A stretch of 64,000 nucleotides of DNA, from assembly GCA_963832165.1 (NCBI GenBank), contig CAWHTE010000011.1, positions 128,001-192,000 of the forward strand. The letters are read 5' to 3'. The translations under genes were made by a program, and so were the position numbers. Shown piece by piece: positions 1-10,307 of the stretch. The DNA comes from an uncultured delta proteobacterium (GTDB lineage Bacteria; Myxococcota_A; UBA9160; SMWR01). The notes beneath the pieces are model-generated. The model was not told the DNA's origin, ran no database searches, and was given only the letters and a program-made list of their open reading frames with translations. How positions within the stretch are numbered: position 1 is the first letter of the stretch; the number at the start of each line of letters is the position of its first letter.

Positions 1-134
1 TCCAGTGGAAGTTCCGGGCCGCGGGGCGGGGCCGGTGTGCCGCCATCGAGGCGGACCGGAGCCGGCGACCGTCGGAACGGGCCCAAGCGAATAGTCACGC
101 CCTCGCGCGCCGTCAAGGGGAGGCGGACGCGGGG

Positions 135-1436
135 TCAGGTCAGCATCGGCAGGAACAGCAGCGCGAGGCCCAGAAATGCGGCGAAACCGACCACGTCGGT
201 GACGGTGGTCAGGAAGATCGAGGCCGACTGCGCCGGGTCGCGGCCCAGCGCGCGCAGGCCGAGCGGGATCGCCGCCCCGAACAGCCCGGCCATGGTCATG
301 TTGGCCACCATGGCGAGCATGATCACGAGCACCAGGCCGGTCCGTCCGTCCCAGATCCACACGGCGAACCCGGTCGCGCAGGCGACGGCGAGGCCGTTCA
401 GCAGCGCGCCGAGCACCTCCTTGCGCACGAGGCGCCAGGTCGTGCCGGGCACGAGCTCGCGCAGGAAGATTCCGCGCATCACCACGGCGAGCGACTGCGC
501 GCCGGTGTTGCCGCCCTGGCCCGCCACGACCGGCATCAGGACGGCGAGCGCGGTGACCTGATCGATGATGTGCTCGAACAGCCCGACCACGCTCGCGGCG
601 AGAAATGCGGTGGCGAGGTTCACGTAGAGCCACGGCAGGCGCTTGCTCACCACGACCGACACCGGCGACAGCGCGCGCTCGTGCTCGCCGGCGCCCACCA
701 TCTTCTGGAGATCGCCGAACGCCTCCTGCTGGAACGCCTCGAGCACCTCGTCGGGTTTCACAACACCGAGCAGATGGCCGTCGTGATCGACCACGGGCAG
801 CGCGACGAAGCGGCGGCGCTGGATCAGCGAGGCGACCTCGTCGCTGGGCATGTCGACCGGCACCGTCACGATCTCGCGCTTCACGAGATTCTCGAGCGGG
901 TCGCGCGGCGACGCGAGCAGGAGCTCGCGCATGTCGAGCACGCCGATCAGCTTTCCGATGCGGTCGGTGACGTAGAGGTAGTAGAGCGTGTCGCGGCGCG
1001 CGCGGCGCAGCGCGGAGATCGCCTCGCGCACGGACAGATCGATCGGCAGCGACGTGAGGCGCATGTCCATCATGCCGCCGGCCGTGTCGGGCGAATAGCG
1101 GAGCAGATCGCGGATCGCGCGGCCGCGATCGGGCTCGAGCCCGGACAGCGCCGCTTCGCGCACCGCGTCCTCGAGGTGGTGCAGGATCGCGGCGGCCTGG
1201 CGCGACGGCAGGCTGCCGAGCAGGTCGCGGCTGCCCTCTGCGCCGATCAGCGAGAGGATGACCGCGGCCGAGTCGGGCGACAGCCGCTCGGTGACGGGTG
1301 CGGCGAGCCGGGTCGGCAGCTGCACGAGCAGCTGCGCGGCCGCGCGCGGCTCGAGGCCCTCGAGCGCGCGGGCTGCGGCCTCGGGATGACCGCTCGCGAA
1401 CGAGCGCACCATCGATTCGAGAGCGGACACTGCCAT
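135..1436 (-). CDS. mgtE: Magnesium transporter MgtE (N-domain, CBS pair, TM domain)
   Basis: YSPDTAGGMM before the CBS domains, RLPWLYVNL, GGNTGAQS, DPAQSASIFLTTVTDVVG. Confidence 0.95.
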   Translation of the reverse strand: MAVSALESMVRSFASGHPEAAARALEGLEPRAAAQLLVQLPTRLAAPVTERLSPDSAAVILSLIGAEGSRDLLGSLPSRQAAAILHHLEDAVREAALSGLEPDRGRAIRDLLRYSPDTAGGMMDMRLTSLPIDLSVREAISALRRARRDTLYYLYVTDRIGKLIGVLDMRELLLASPRDPLENLVKREIVTVPVDMPSDEVASLIQRRRFVALPVVDHDGHLLGVVKPDEVLEAFQQEAFGDLQKMVGAGEHERALSPVSVVVSKRLPWLYVNLATAFLAASVVGLFEHIIDQVTALAVLMPVVAGQGGNTGAQSLAVVMRGIFLRELVPGTTWRLVRKEVLGALLNGLAVACATGFAVWIWDGRTGLVLVIMLAMVANMTMAGLFGAAIPLGLRALGRDPAQSASIFLTTVTDVVGFAAFLGLALLFLPMLT

Positions 1437-1448
1437 GCGGACCTCTCT

Positions 1449-2220
1449 TCAGGGGAGCAGCGCCGCGAGCGCCGCGGCGAGCGCGCGCCGCTGCGCGGCC
1501 GAGGCGATCAGGCGTTGGTTGAGCTCGAGCTCGATGCCCAGATAATGGCGTGCCGGGAGCTCGCGCCGCAGCGCCGTCGTGAGTCCGTCGGCATCGCCGC
1601 GGTAGGGCGCGTTGCGGCGCACGCCGACCCCGGGCAGTGCGCGCGCGAGCCGCCGCTGCCAGACGAGCGCGAGCGAGCGCTCCGCGCGGCGCTTCGGGTC
1701 GTAGAGGATTCCGATTCCGAAGTCGCGCCGCATTCCGCGCAGCACGGGTGTGAAGCTGTGCACCGCGAGGTGCAGCACGGGGCCCGTGCGCTCGGCGAGC
1801 GCCGCGCGCACGCGCCGCCAGTGCGGCCGGTGATGCCGATCGAGCAGCGCGTCCCGGCGCGCGCGCGGAAGCCCGCGCGTATGCGCCGAGAACACCGCGG
1901 GGTTGTGCGGCGAGCGGTTGAGATCGACGAGCAACCGCGTGGTGGTCGCAGAGAAGAGCGGCGCGCGCCAGGCACGCGCGAGCCGGCGCGCCACGTCGAG
2001 CGCTCCGGCGTCGAAGCCGCGGTGCGAGGCGAGCGCGCGGCCCGCGTGCGCGAACAGCGAGCGATCGCGGCGCGGGACGCGGTTGCCGCCGTGCTCGCAC
2101 GTCACCACCATTGCCGGGCCTTCGCGCTCGCTGATCGCTCGCGCTCGGGCTCCGGCCTTCGCTCGGCTTCGCCTCGCTGCGCGTCGGCTGACTTCGTCAG
2201 CCTCCTTGCGGCGCTCGGGT

Positions 2221-2228
<8 letters not shown>
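1449..2228 (-). CDS. N-formylglutamate amidohydrolase family protein (start GTG 2228 or ATG 2111)
   Basis: TCEHGGN, HRGFDAGA, TRLLVDLNR, HSFTP, GILYDP, RRNAPY, ELELNQ motifs; the 5' extension is made of hairpin-repeat DNA. Confidence 0.85.
2154..2202 (-). repeat. Hairpin element family B variant plus adjacent GAA-triloop hairpin
   Basis: Minus strand CGCGCAGCGAGGCGAAGCCGAGCGAAGGCC (core 2161-2177) and GGCTGAC-GAA-GTCAGCC (2186-2202). Confidence 0.7.
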
Positions 2229-3451
<1,223 letters not shown>

Positions 3452-3465
<14 letters not shown>

Positions 3466-4930
3466 GTCCGTTTCCGAGGCCGCGCGCGTCGAGTCTGCGC
3501 CGGAACCAGCTCATCACCGCGCGGTACAGGCGATCGCCGATCACGGCGTCTTCGCAGCCGGATTCGATGTTGGGGTTGTCGTTGACCTCCATCACGAGGA
3601 AGCGCCCGGCGTATTCCTTCACGTCGACTCCGTAGAGGCCGTCGCCGATCAGGCGCGCCGCGCGCACGGCCACGCGGACCGCCTCGGCGGGCGCATCGTC
3701 GAGCGCCACCGCCTCGACGCGCCCGTAGCGTCGCTTCCCGCCCGCCTCGTGCGACACGATCTGCCAGTGGCCGCGCACCATGTGATAGCGGCACGCGTAC
3801 AGCGCCTCGCTTCCGAGCACGCCGATCCGCCAATCGAACTCCGAGGGTGTGTACGCCTGCGCGATCACGAGCTGCGAGTCGCGCAGGAAGTCGCTCGCGG
3901 CCGCGAGCAGCTCGGCCTCGGTGTCGACGCGCACGACGCCCTGCGAGAACGCCGAGTCGGGGCGCTTGAGCACGCACGGGAGCCCCACGGTTGCGGCGAT
4001 CTTGGCCACGGTGTCCTCGTGCGCCACGACCGTCTCGGGATGCGGGATCGCGTTGCGGTCGAACAGCTCGGCCAGGAAGACCTTGTTGGTGCAGCGCAGG
4101 ATCGAGATCGGATCGTCGATCACGACGAGCCCCTCGGTGGCCGCGCGCCGCGCGAGGCGATAGGTCGAGTGATTGACGTAGGTCGTCTCGCGGATGAACA
4201 GCGCGTCGAACTCGGCGATGTCGGAGGCGTCGTCGTGGTCGATCAGGCGCGCATCGATTCCGACGTCGCGCGCCGCGCGCACGAAATGGCGCAGCGCCTT
4301 CGGATCGGAGGGCGGATCGGGTGCGTGGGGATTGGTCAGGATCGCGAGGTCGTAGCGATAGGTGCGCCGCGCGCGCGACCGCCGCTGCGGGCGCCCGAAG
4401 TGCTGCTCGGCCTGCTCCATCAGGAACGGCCGATGGCTCTCGGGGATCTCGCTGGTCGCGATCGGACGCACCGAGGCGAGGTGCCACTCGCCGCCGCGCC
4501 GCTCGAAGCTCGCGCGCATCATCGGCATCGGGAACTGCTCGTGCAGCGCGCGCGACAGCGCGTCGTAGCGCTTGGCGAAGTTGCGGCCGAAGTACACGGA
4601 GAGCTCGAAGCGCTGTCCGCGAAGCCGCGTGAGGCTCTTCTGGATCAGCTCCTCGAGCTGCTCCGACACGAGCCGCACGACCGGCGACAGACGCAGGTCC
4701 TGGAGCGTTTCGACGGTCGGGAACGGGCGGTGCCCGCGCGCGGCCGCGAGCAGCGACACGTAGTAGCCGAGCGTCTGGTACCCGTAGGTGCGGCACAGGT
4801 TGTAGACGCGCAGCCCGCGCCGGTCCGCCCACGTGCCGCCCACGAGGTAGTCGCGCGCGGATACGATCTCGGCGCCCTCGAAGCGCAGCGGCCAGCGGCG
4901 GACGTTCTCGGTCACGAGGATCGCGCTCAA
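3452..4930 (-). CDS. RimK-family ATP-grasp ligase with N-terminal RLAN domain
   Basis: NLCRTYGYQTLGYYVSLLAAARGH (RLAN); DALFIRETT, CTNKVFLAE, LKRPDSAFSQGV, FDWRIGVL, YGVDVK, EVNDNPNI. Confidence 0.92.
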
Positions 4931-5655
4931 CCGCGACCCTCCGGCGGATCGAGCACGAGCAGGTTCGCGTCATAGGTGAGCGTGCCGAGCAGGATCGCGT
5001 TGATCACGCGCTCCACGGGGAGCCAGTAGAGGGGCTCGGACGGGCCCTTTGGATCCCGGTACGGGTCGGCTACCCGCACGCTCTGCTGCTGCGCATCCCA
5101 GCCGCACAGCACGACGAAGTGCCCGGTCGGAACGCCGCGCACGTCGTCCTCGACGAGCACCTCCTCGCCGGTCTCGCGCGCGCTGCGGTACAGGAAGGGA
5201 GCCGACAGGCCGGTCAGGATCGGCCGGCGCTGCTCGAGCCAGCGCCGCAACAGGTCCGGCGAGAGATCGTCCATCGCGAGCTCGCCGCCCAGGCGCAGGA
5301 ACTCGAGATAGGACTCGGTCGCCTCGCCGAGCTTGGCGTTGTGCTTCGCGGCCGCCTGGGCGCGCAGGCGGTCGGACAGGTCGCGCCGCTCTCCAGCGAA
5401 CCAGCTCGGATCGAATATGTCGATGTCGTAGGTCACGATCAATGCGCGATAGGAGCGCCGAAGCGCGTGGTTGGCGAGGTTGACGGCGAGTGTCCCGCCG
5501 CCCGCGACGCGCGGGACCCCGGCGATCACATCGTCGAGCAACACCCGATCCTTGAAGTAGTGATAGACCGCGTGCAGGCAGGTGGGCCCGCAGGTCGAAT
5601 CGTCCGGCTGGGGCTGGATCTCGAGGTCGAATGCGCAGCGGCTGGCGCGCGACAT
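4927..5655 (-). CDS. Peptidase C39-like (papain-fold) protein
   Basis: QPDDSTCGPTCL (catalytic Q/C), GHFVVLCG (His), VADPY (Asp). Confidence 0.85.
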   Translation of the reverse strand: MSRASRCAFDLEIQPQPDDSTCGPTCLHAVYHYFKDRVLLDDVIAGVPRVAGGGTLAVNLANHALRRSYRALIVTYDIDIFDPSWFAGERRDLSDRLRAQAAAKHNAKLGEATESYLEFLRLGGELAMDDLSPDLLRRWLEQRRPILTGLSAPFLYRSARETGEEVLVEDDVRGVPTGHFVVLCGWDAQQQSVRVADPYRDPKGPSEPLYWLPVERVINAILLGTLTYDANLLVLDPPEGRG

Positions 5656-5690
5656 GCGGGCGATATTCTAACCGCGCAGCGCGGGGGCGG

Positions 5691-6965
5691 ATGGTAGGCG
5701 AGAAGAACGCACGGCGGGTGGCGGTGCTCTTCGAGACCGCGTGGGACCGCCGCCAGCTCGCCGCGTGCGCGCCGCACTGGTCGGACGCGTTCGAGATCAC
5801 CTACCCCGCGCCGAGCGACCTGGACTGCCCGGACGATCTCGACCCGGTCGCGTTCGTGGCGGAGGCGGTGCGCGGGGCGTGGGGCCGCATCGACGGCGTG
5901 ATCAGCTCGAGCGACTACCCGGGCGCCGTCGTCGCGGGCGCACTCGCGACCGAGCTCGGGCTCGCGGGCTCGCGACCGGACCGCGTGATCACCGCAGGGC
6001 ACAAGTACTACTCGCGGATCGAGCAGCGCGCGGCTGCGCCCGACGCGGTGCCGGAATTCGCGCTGGTCGATCTGCGCGGAAGTGATGTCGCCCCCCCGCT
6101 CTCGCTGCCGTGTTTCGTGAAGCCCGTGAAGGCCTCGTTTTCGATGCACGCACGCCGGATCGACACGCCGCAGCAGTACCGCGACTTCGTCGGCTCGCCC
6201 GCTTTGGCGGAGTTCGGCGCGGACTACCTGGCGACCTTCAACCGGATGGTGGCGGCCTGGACCGACCTGGCGATCGACGGCCGGGCGTTGATCGCCGAAG
6301 CGCTGCTGGAAGGCGACCTCGTGACCGTCGAGGGCTTCGAGAGCGGCGGCGCGGTCGAAGTGCTCGGAATCGTCGATTCCACGCGGCACGCGAACGGCAG
6401 CTTCGCGCGCTTCGATTATCCCTCGTCGCTGCCCGCGCGCGTGCAGGAGCGGATGGCCGCGGTGGCTCGCCGCGTGATCGAGGCGCTCGGGCTCGAGCAG
6501 ACGCTCTGGAACATCGAGATGATGTACGACGCGGCGGCCGACCGCGTCTCGATCGTCGAGGTGAACCCGCGCATCTGCGGCCAGTTCGCCGACCTCTACC
6601 AGAAAGTCGACGGCACCAACAGCTACGAAATCGCGCTCGCGCTGTGCACGGGCTCGCGGCCGCGCTACGCGCCCGGGCGCGGGCGCTACGCCGCGGCGGC
6701 GAGCGTCCCGCTGCGCGTGTTCGAGCCGAGCGCGGTGCTCGCGGCGCCGAGCGATGCCGACGCGGCGGCGGCCGAGGCGCTGTTCGCGGAGACGCTCGTC
6801 TGGCGCGAGTGCCGCGCGGGCGACGAGCTCACCGACTTCGCGGGCGAGGACGGCGCGAGTCAGCGCTATGCCGTGATCAACGTCGGGGGCGCGGACCGCG
6901 CCGATCTCGAGCACCGCTGCGCCGCGGTGCGCGACCGCCTGGGCTTCCGCATGGAGGCCCTGTGA
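5691..6965 (+). CDS. ATP-grasp domain protein (L-amino-acid ligase-like)
   Basis: HKYYSR, PCFVKPVKASFS, EALLEGDLVTVEG, NIEM, IVEVNPRICG; divergent from the C39-like gene across 35 bp. Confidence 0.85.
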   Translation: MVGEKNARRVAVLFETAWDRRQLAACAPHWSDAFEITYPAPSDLDCPDDLDPVAFVAEAVRGAWGRIDGVISSSDYPGAVVAGALATELGLAGSRPDRVITAGHKYYSRIEQRAAAPDAVPEFALVDLRGSDVAPPLSLPCFVKPVKASFSMHARRIDTPQQYRDFVGSPALAEFGADYLATFNRMVAAWTDLAIDGRALIAEALLEGDLVTVEGFESGGAVEVLGIVDSTRHANGSFARFDYPSSLPARVQERMAAVARRVIEALGLEQTLWNIEMMYDAAADRVSIVEVNPRICGQFADLYQKVDGTNSYEIALALCTGSRPRYAPGRGRYAAAASVPLRVFEPSAVLAAPSDADAAAAEALFAETLVWRECRAGDELTDFAGEDGASQRYAVINVGGADRADLEHRCAAVRDRLGFRMEAL

Positions 6966-6985
6966 CGCCGCTCCATTCGCGGGGT

Positions 6986-7780
6986 TCACACCCACAGCGC
7001 GAGCAGCGCCATCACCCCCGCACCGGCCACCACCCACAGCCACTTCGCGAAGCGCCCGCCCGGCTCGTGGAACTCCTCGCGCAGGATGTCGAGCGTGGCC
7101 ACGTAGGCGAACGTGCCCGCTGCGAGCGAGAGGAATGCCGCCTCGAACGCGAGGCTCGTCGGACCCGCGAACGCGCCGACCGTCGCGCCCGCCACGATCC
7201 CGATCGGAGTCGCGGCCGCGAACAGCCCGAGCAGCGCGGTCGCGCGCGCGGTGGGCACGGCACTGCGCGCGAGACTCACGCCGAGCGCGAAGCCCTCCAT
7301 CGACTTGTGGGCGAGGATCGCTGCGAAGATCACGAGCGCGCTGCGCAAGTCGCGCTGCGCGCCGAGCGCGAGACCCTCGAGCAGCGCGTGGATCGAGAGC
7401 GCGGTCAGGATCGCGTACACCGCTCCGGGCGAGCCCTGGGCGTGCGCGCCGAAGCGGGCGGCCGAGGGTGCGTGGATCGCGTGGTGGGCGTCCTCGGGCG
7501 GAAGCACGTGCTCGAACAAGAGCATCAAGATGATCGCCGCGGCCGCGAGCAGCGTGCCGATCGGGTACTGCCAGCCGAGCTGCTCCCACTGCGCAGTGGC
7601 CGCGGGCAGCATGTGCACGAACCCCGCGCCGAGAAAGATCCCCGCGGAGAACGCATTGCCCCACTCGAGCAGGCGCGGGGACGCGCCGTCCTCGCCGCCG
7701 CGCCGGCGCAGGGGCAGGGCGCCGCAGACGAGCGCCGTCGCGAGCAACGCGAGCAGCAACACGAGCTTGATCCCGATCAC
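6986..7780 (-). CDS. ZIP family metal (Zn/Fe) transporter (alternative upstream ATG 7891)
   Basis: FSAGIFLGAGFVHMLP, His-rich loop, ALSIHALLEGLALG, AILAHKSMEGFALG. Confidence 0.9.
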   Translation of the reverse strand: MIGIKLVLLLALLATALVCGALPLRRRGGEDGASPRLLEWGNAFSAGIFLGAGFVHMLPAATAQWEQLGWQYPIGTLLAAAAIILMLLFEHVLPPEDAHHAIHAPSAARFGAHAQGSPGAVYAILTALSIHALLEGLALGAQRDLRSALVIFAAILAHKSMEGFALGVSLARSAVPTARATALLGLFAAATPIGIVAGATVGAFAGPTSLAFEAAFLSLAAGTFAYVATLDILREEFHEPGGRFAKWLWVVAGAGVMALLALWV

Positions 7781-7793
7781 GGGGGCACCCCTT

Positions 7794-7872
7794 CTGGACT
7801 GCGCTCGCCCATCTGATGGTCTTCGCTCGCCTTCGGCTCGCTGCGCGAAACTTGCGCCCGCTGCGCGAACCC
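7794..7872 (-). repeat. Hairpin element family B: 41-nt copy (7815-7855) nested in a diverged older copy
   Basis: 7815-7855 is the exact reverse complement of 11523-11563; flanked on the minus strand by GGGTTCGCGCAGCGGGC and AGATGG-GCGAGCGCAGTCCAG. Confidence 0.9.
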
Positions 7873-7966
7873 GTCTGCGCAAAACTCGCATGGTGACGTT
7901 CGGCCGGAACTGCGGCTACCCTGCGGCGCGTCTCGCATCGGGCGGGGCCGAGCAGGGCAGGTAGGA

Positions 7967-8206
7967 TTGGCGCGCGAAGATCTCATCCAGGCCAACGGAA
8001 CCGTCGAGAAGATCCTCGGCGGCGGGCGCTATCAGATCACGCTCGAGACGGGCCAGTCGGTGACTGCCCAGCTTTCCGGGCGCATGCGCCGGTTCCGGAT
8101 CCGCGTGATTCCGGGCGATCGCGTTCAGGTCGGGCTTTCGCCCTACGACCCCTCCCACGGCTTCATCACGTTCCGCCTGCGCGAAGGTCAGAATCCTGGC
8201 TCGTAG
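7967..8206 (+). CDS. infA: Translation initiation factor IF-1
   Basis: LSGRMRRFRIRVIPGDRVQVGLSPYDPSHGFITFR; TTG start with AGGA upstream. Confidence 0.93.
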   Translation: MAREDLIQANGTVEKILGGGRYQITLETGQSVTAQLSGRMRRFRIRVIPGDRVQVGLSPYDPSHGFITFRLREGQNPGS

Positions 8207-8852
8207 CTCGTTTCGGGCGGCGATCCAGCTCCGGATCGTCCAGCGCTGGGACCGGCTCCGACTCTCGCGCCTGCGTGCGCGCCATCCCGGGCTCGTGTTC
8301 GAACCCGGCGCGAGCACGAATCTCGCCGCAGCGCGCTATGTGCTCGAGCCCGGCGCGCGCGTGGTGTTCGGCGCGGGCGTGCACGCCGATCGCACGCCGG
8401 GCGGCCTGGTCGTGATCGCAGGGCGCGATGCGCTGATCGAGATCAGCGCGGGCACCTGGCTGCGCGGCGAGACGGAGCCGGTCCGCATCGTCGCGTTCGC
8501 GGGCGCGGAGCTGCGCCTGGGGCCCGACTCGTTCCTGAACGGCTGCCATCTCTCTGCGAAGCGCAGCCTGCGCCTGGGTCGCCGCGCGTGGGTGGGGCTC
8601 GGCTCGCGCGTGTTCGATTCCGATCAGCACGATTTCGACGCGGAGCGCGCCGAGGCGATCGCGCCGGTCGAGATCGGCGACTACAGCTGGATCGCGTCCG
8701 ACGTGACGATCCTCAAGGGCGTGCGGATCGGGAGCCACTGCGTGATCGGCACGCGCTCGCTCGTGACCCAGGACGTACCCGACCACAGCCTCGCATTCGG
8801 GACGCCCGCGATCGTGCGCGGCCGGGTCGGCGATCGCAGCAAGACGCGATAG
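8196..8852 (+). CDS. Hexapeptide-repeat acyltransferase (start uncertain: CTG 8196 or GTG 8295)
   Basis: FDSDQHDF, PVEIGDYSWIASDVTILKGVRIGSHCVIGTRSLVTQDVP, AFGTPA. Confidence 0.85.
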   Translation: MARSSFRAAIQLRIVQRWDRLRLSRLRARHPGLVFEPGASTNLAAARYVLEPGARVVFGAGVHADRTPGGLVVIAGRDALIEISAGTWLRGETEPVRIVAFAGAELRLGPDSFLNGCHLSAKRSLRLGRRAWVGLGSRVFDSDQHDFDAERAEAIAPVEIGDYSWIASDVTILKGVRIGSHCVIGTRSLVTQDVPDHSLAFGTPAIVRGRVGDRSKTR

Positions 8853-8896
8853 GGCGCTCCCGAAGCGAAGCCGCGAGCCCGCGCAACGCCCTTTTG
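8849..8896 (+). repeat. Imperfect palindrome upstream of the transposase (degenerate REP-like end or terminator)
   Basis: ATAGGGCG...CGAAGCGAAGCCGCGAGC...CGCCCT followed by a T-run. Confidence 0.4.
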
Positions 8897-9017
8897 CTTT
8901 GAGGGAAGACCCCACCGGCTTCCGTTGGCGTCGAATAACGTCTAAAAGCGAAAACTAACGTGAAATATATCGATGGGCTCTTGATCAAACTGGAAGATCG
9001 CCCTAATCTACACTTCG

Positions 9018-9725
9018 ATGCGTCATTCGGGAAAACAGCTCGAGCTCGATCGGGTCCGACACGGCGGACGAAGGCCCGGCGCCGGACGGAAGGCTGGCCC
9101 GAATTCGCGGATCCGGCATCGATCGCGCAGATCATTCGCCCGTCGGCTTCCGTGTCATGTCACGCTGAAGGTGCGAGCCGGCATGCCGTCGCTGCGCACG
9201 GTGCGGCTCGTGCGCGAGATGGAGCGAAGCTTCGCAATCGGGTGCGAGCGCGAAGACTTTCGGCTGGCCCACTACTCGATCCAGGGGAATCACGTTCATT
9301 TGATCGTGGAAGCCGACAATGAAAACGCGCTCGGTCGAGGGATGAAGGCACTCGGGGCGCGGATCGCCCGAGCCGTGAACAGAATCTTTAGGCGATCGGG
9401 GCCGGTTCTGGCCGATCGCTACCACGTGCGCATGCTCCGCACGCCGCGCGAGGTGCGGAATGCGCTCGCCTACGTGCTCCTGAACGCCCGCAGGCACGCA
9501 GCCAGGGCCGGTCGCACGCTTTCGCGTGCCTTCGGAATCGATCCCGCCTCCTCGGGGCGTTGGTTCGATGGGTGGAGAAACGCAATCCCGGAAACCTGGC
9601 CTTCGCCTCCGGTCGCGTTGCCCCGGAGCTGGCTGCTCGCTGTCGGCTGGAGGAGGAACGGGCTTCTGACGCTGGATGAAACTCCAGGTGCGCTCGCATG
9701 CCGCCGTGCCACGAAAGAAGAATGA
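9018..9725 (+). mobile_element. HUH/Y1 tyrosine transposase (IS200/IS605 superfamily, RAYT-like)
   Basis: HVTLK strand, YSIQGNHVHLIVEA (HUH), DRYH, catalytic Tyr in ALAYVLLN; AT-rich upstream region. Confidence 0.88.
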
Positions 9726-10219
9726 TCCGAATCTCGATCGCAGGAGCCGTGGTCCTGGTGGCGGTGGCTTGCTGGGGCCAGGCCACTGCACCGGCGCCCG
9801 CGGATCGGGTGGTCATCGAGAAGAGCGCTCGCCGACTCACGCTCTACTCCCAGGGCCGCGCCATCAGCTCCCATCGGGTTGCCCTGGGCGGAAATCCCGT
9901 CGGACACAAGCAGGAGGAGGGAGATCAGCGGACTCCCGAAGGACTGTACGTGGTAGATGCTCGCAACCCGAACAGCGCGTTCCACCGTTCCCTTCGGATC
10001 TCCTACCCCGACGATCGCGATCGAGCGCGCGCCGCAGCGGCGGGGAAGAATCCGGGCGGCCTAATCATGATTCATGGCATTCGCAATGGCCTTGGGTGGA
10101 TCGGCCGGCTGCATCGGCTCGTTGACTGGACGGACGGTTGCATCGCTGTGACGAACCGCGAAATGGATGAAATCTGGGATTCCGTGAGCGTCGGTACCCC
10201 AGTCGAGATCAGGCCCTGA
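9722..10219 (+). CDS. L,D-transpeptidase (YkuD family), secreted
   Basis: Signal peptide; VIEKSARRL, GDQRTPEGLY, IMIHG, WTDGCIAV; ATGA overlap with the transposase. Confidence 0.92.
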   Translation: MIRISIAGAVVLVAVACWGQATAPAPADRVVIEKSARRLTLYSQGRAISSHRVALGGNPVGHKQEEGDQRTPEGLYVVDARNPNSAFHRSLRISYPDDRDRARAAAAGKNPGGLIMIHGIRNGLGWIGRLHRLVDWTDGCIAVTNREMDEIWDSVSVGTPVEIRP

Positions 10220-10307
10220 TCTCGTAGGGGCCTTCTTGCTCTCTTCTGTCCAAAGCCAAACGGCGCAACGCAAGCCGCCGAGGCTGCGATCGGGCTAGCT
10301 TCATCCC

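Noticed and set aside
9018..10219. IS605-type element with TnpB
   Set aside because: The downstream ORF is a YkuD L,D-transpeptidase with no RuvC or zinc-finger motifs.
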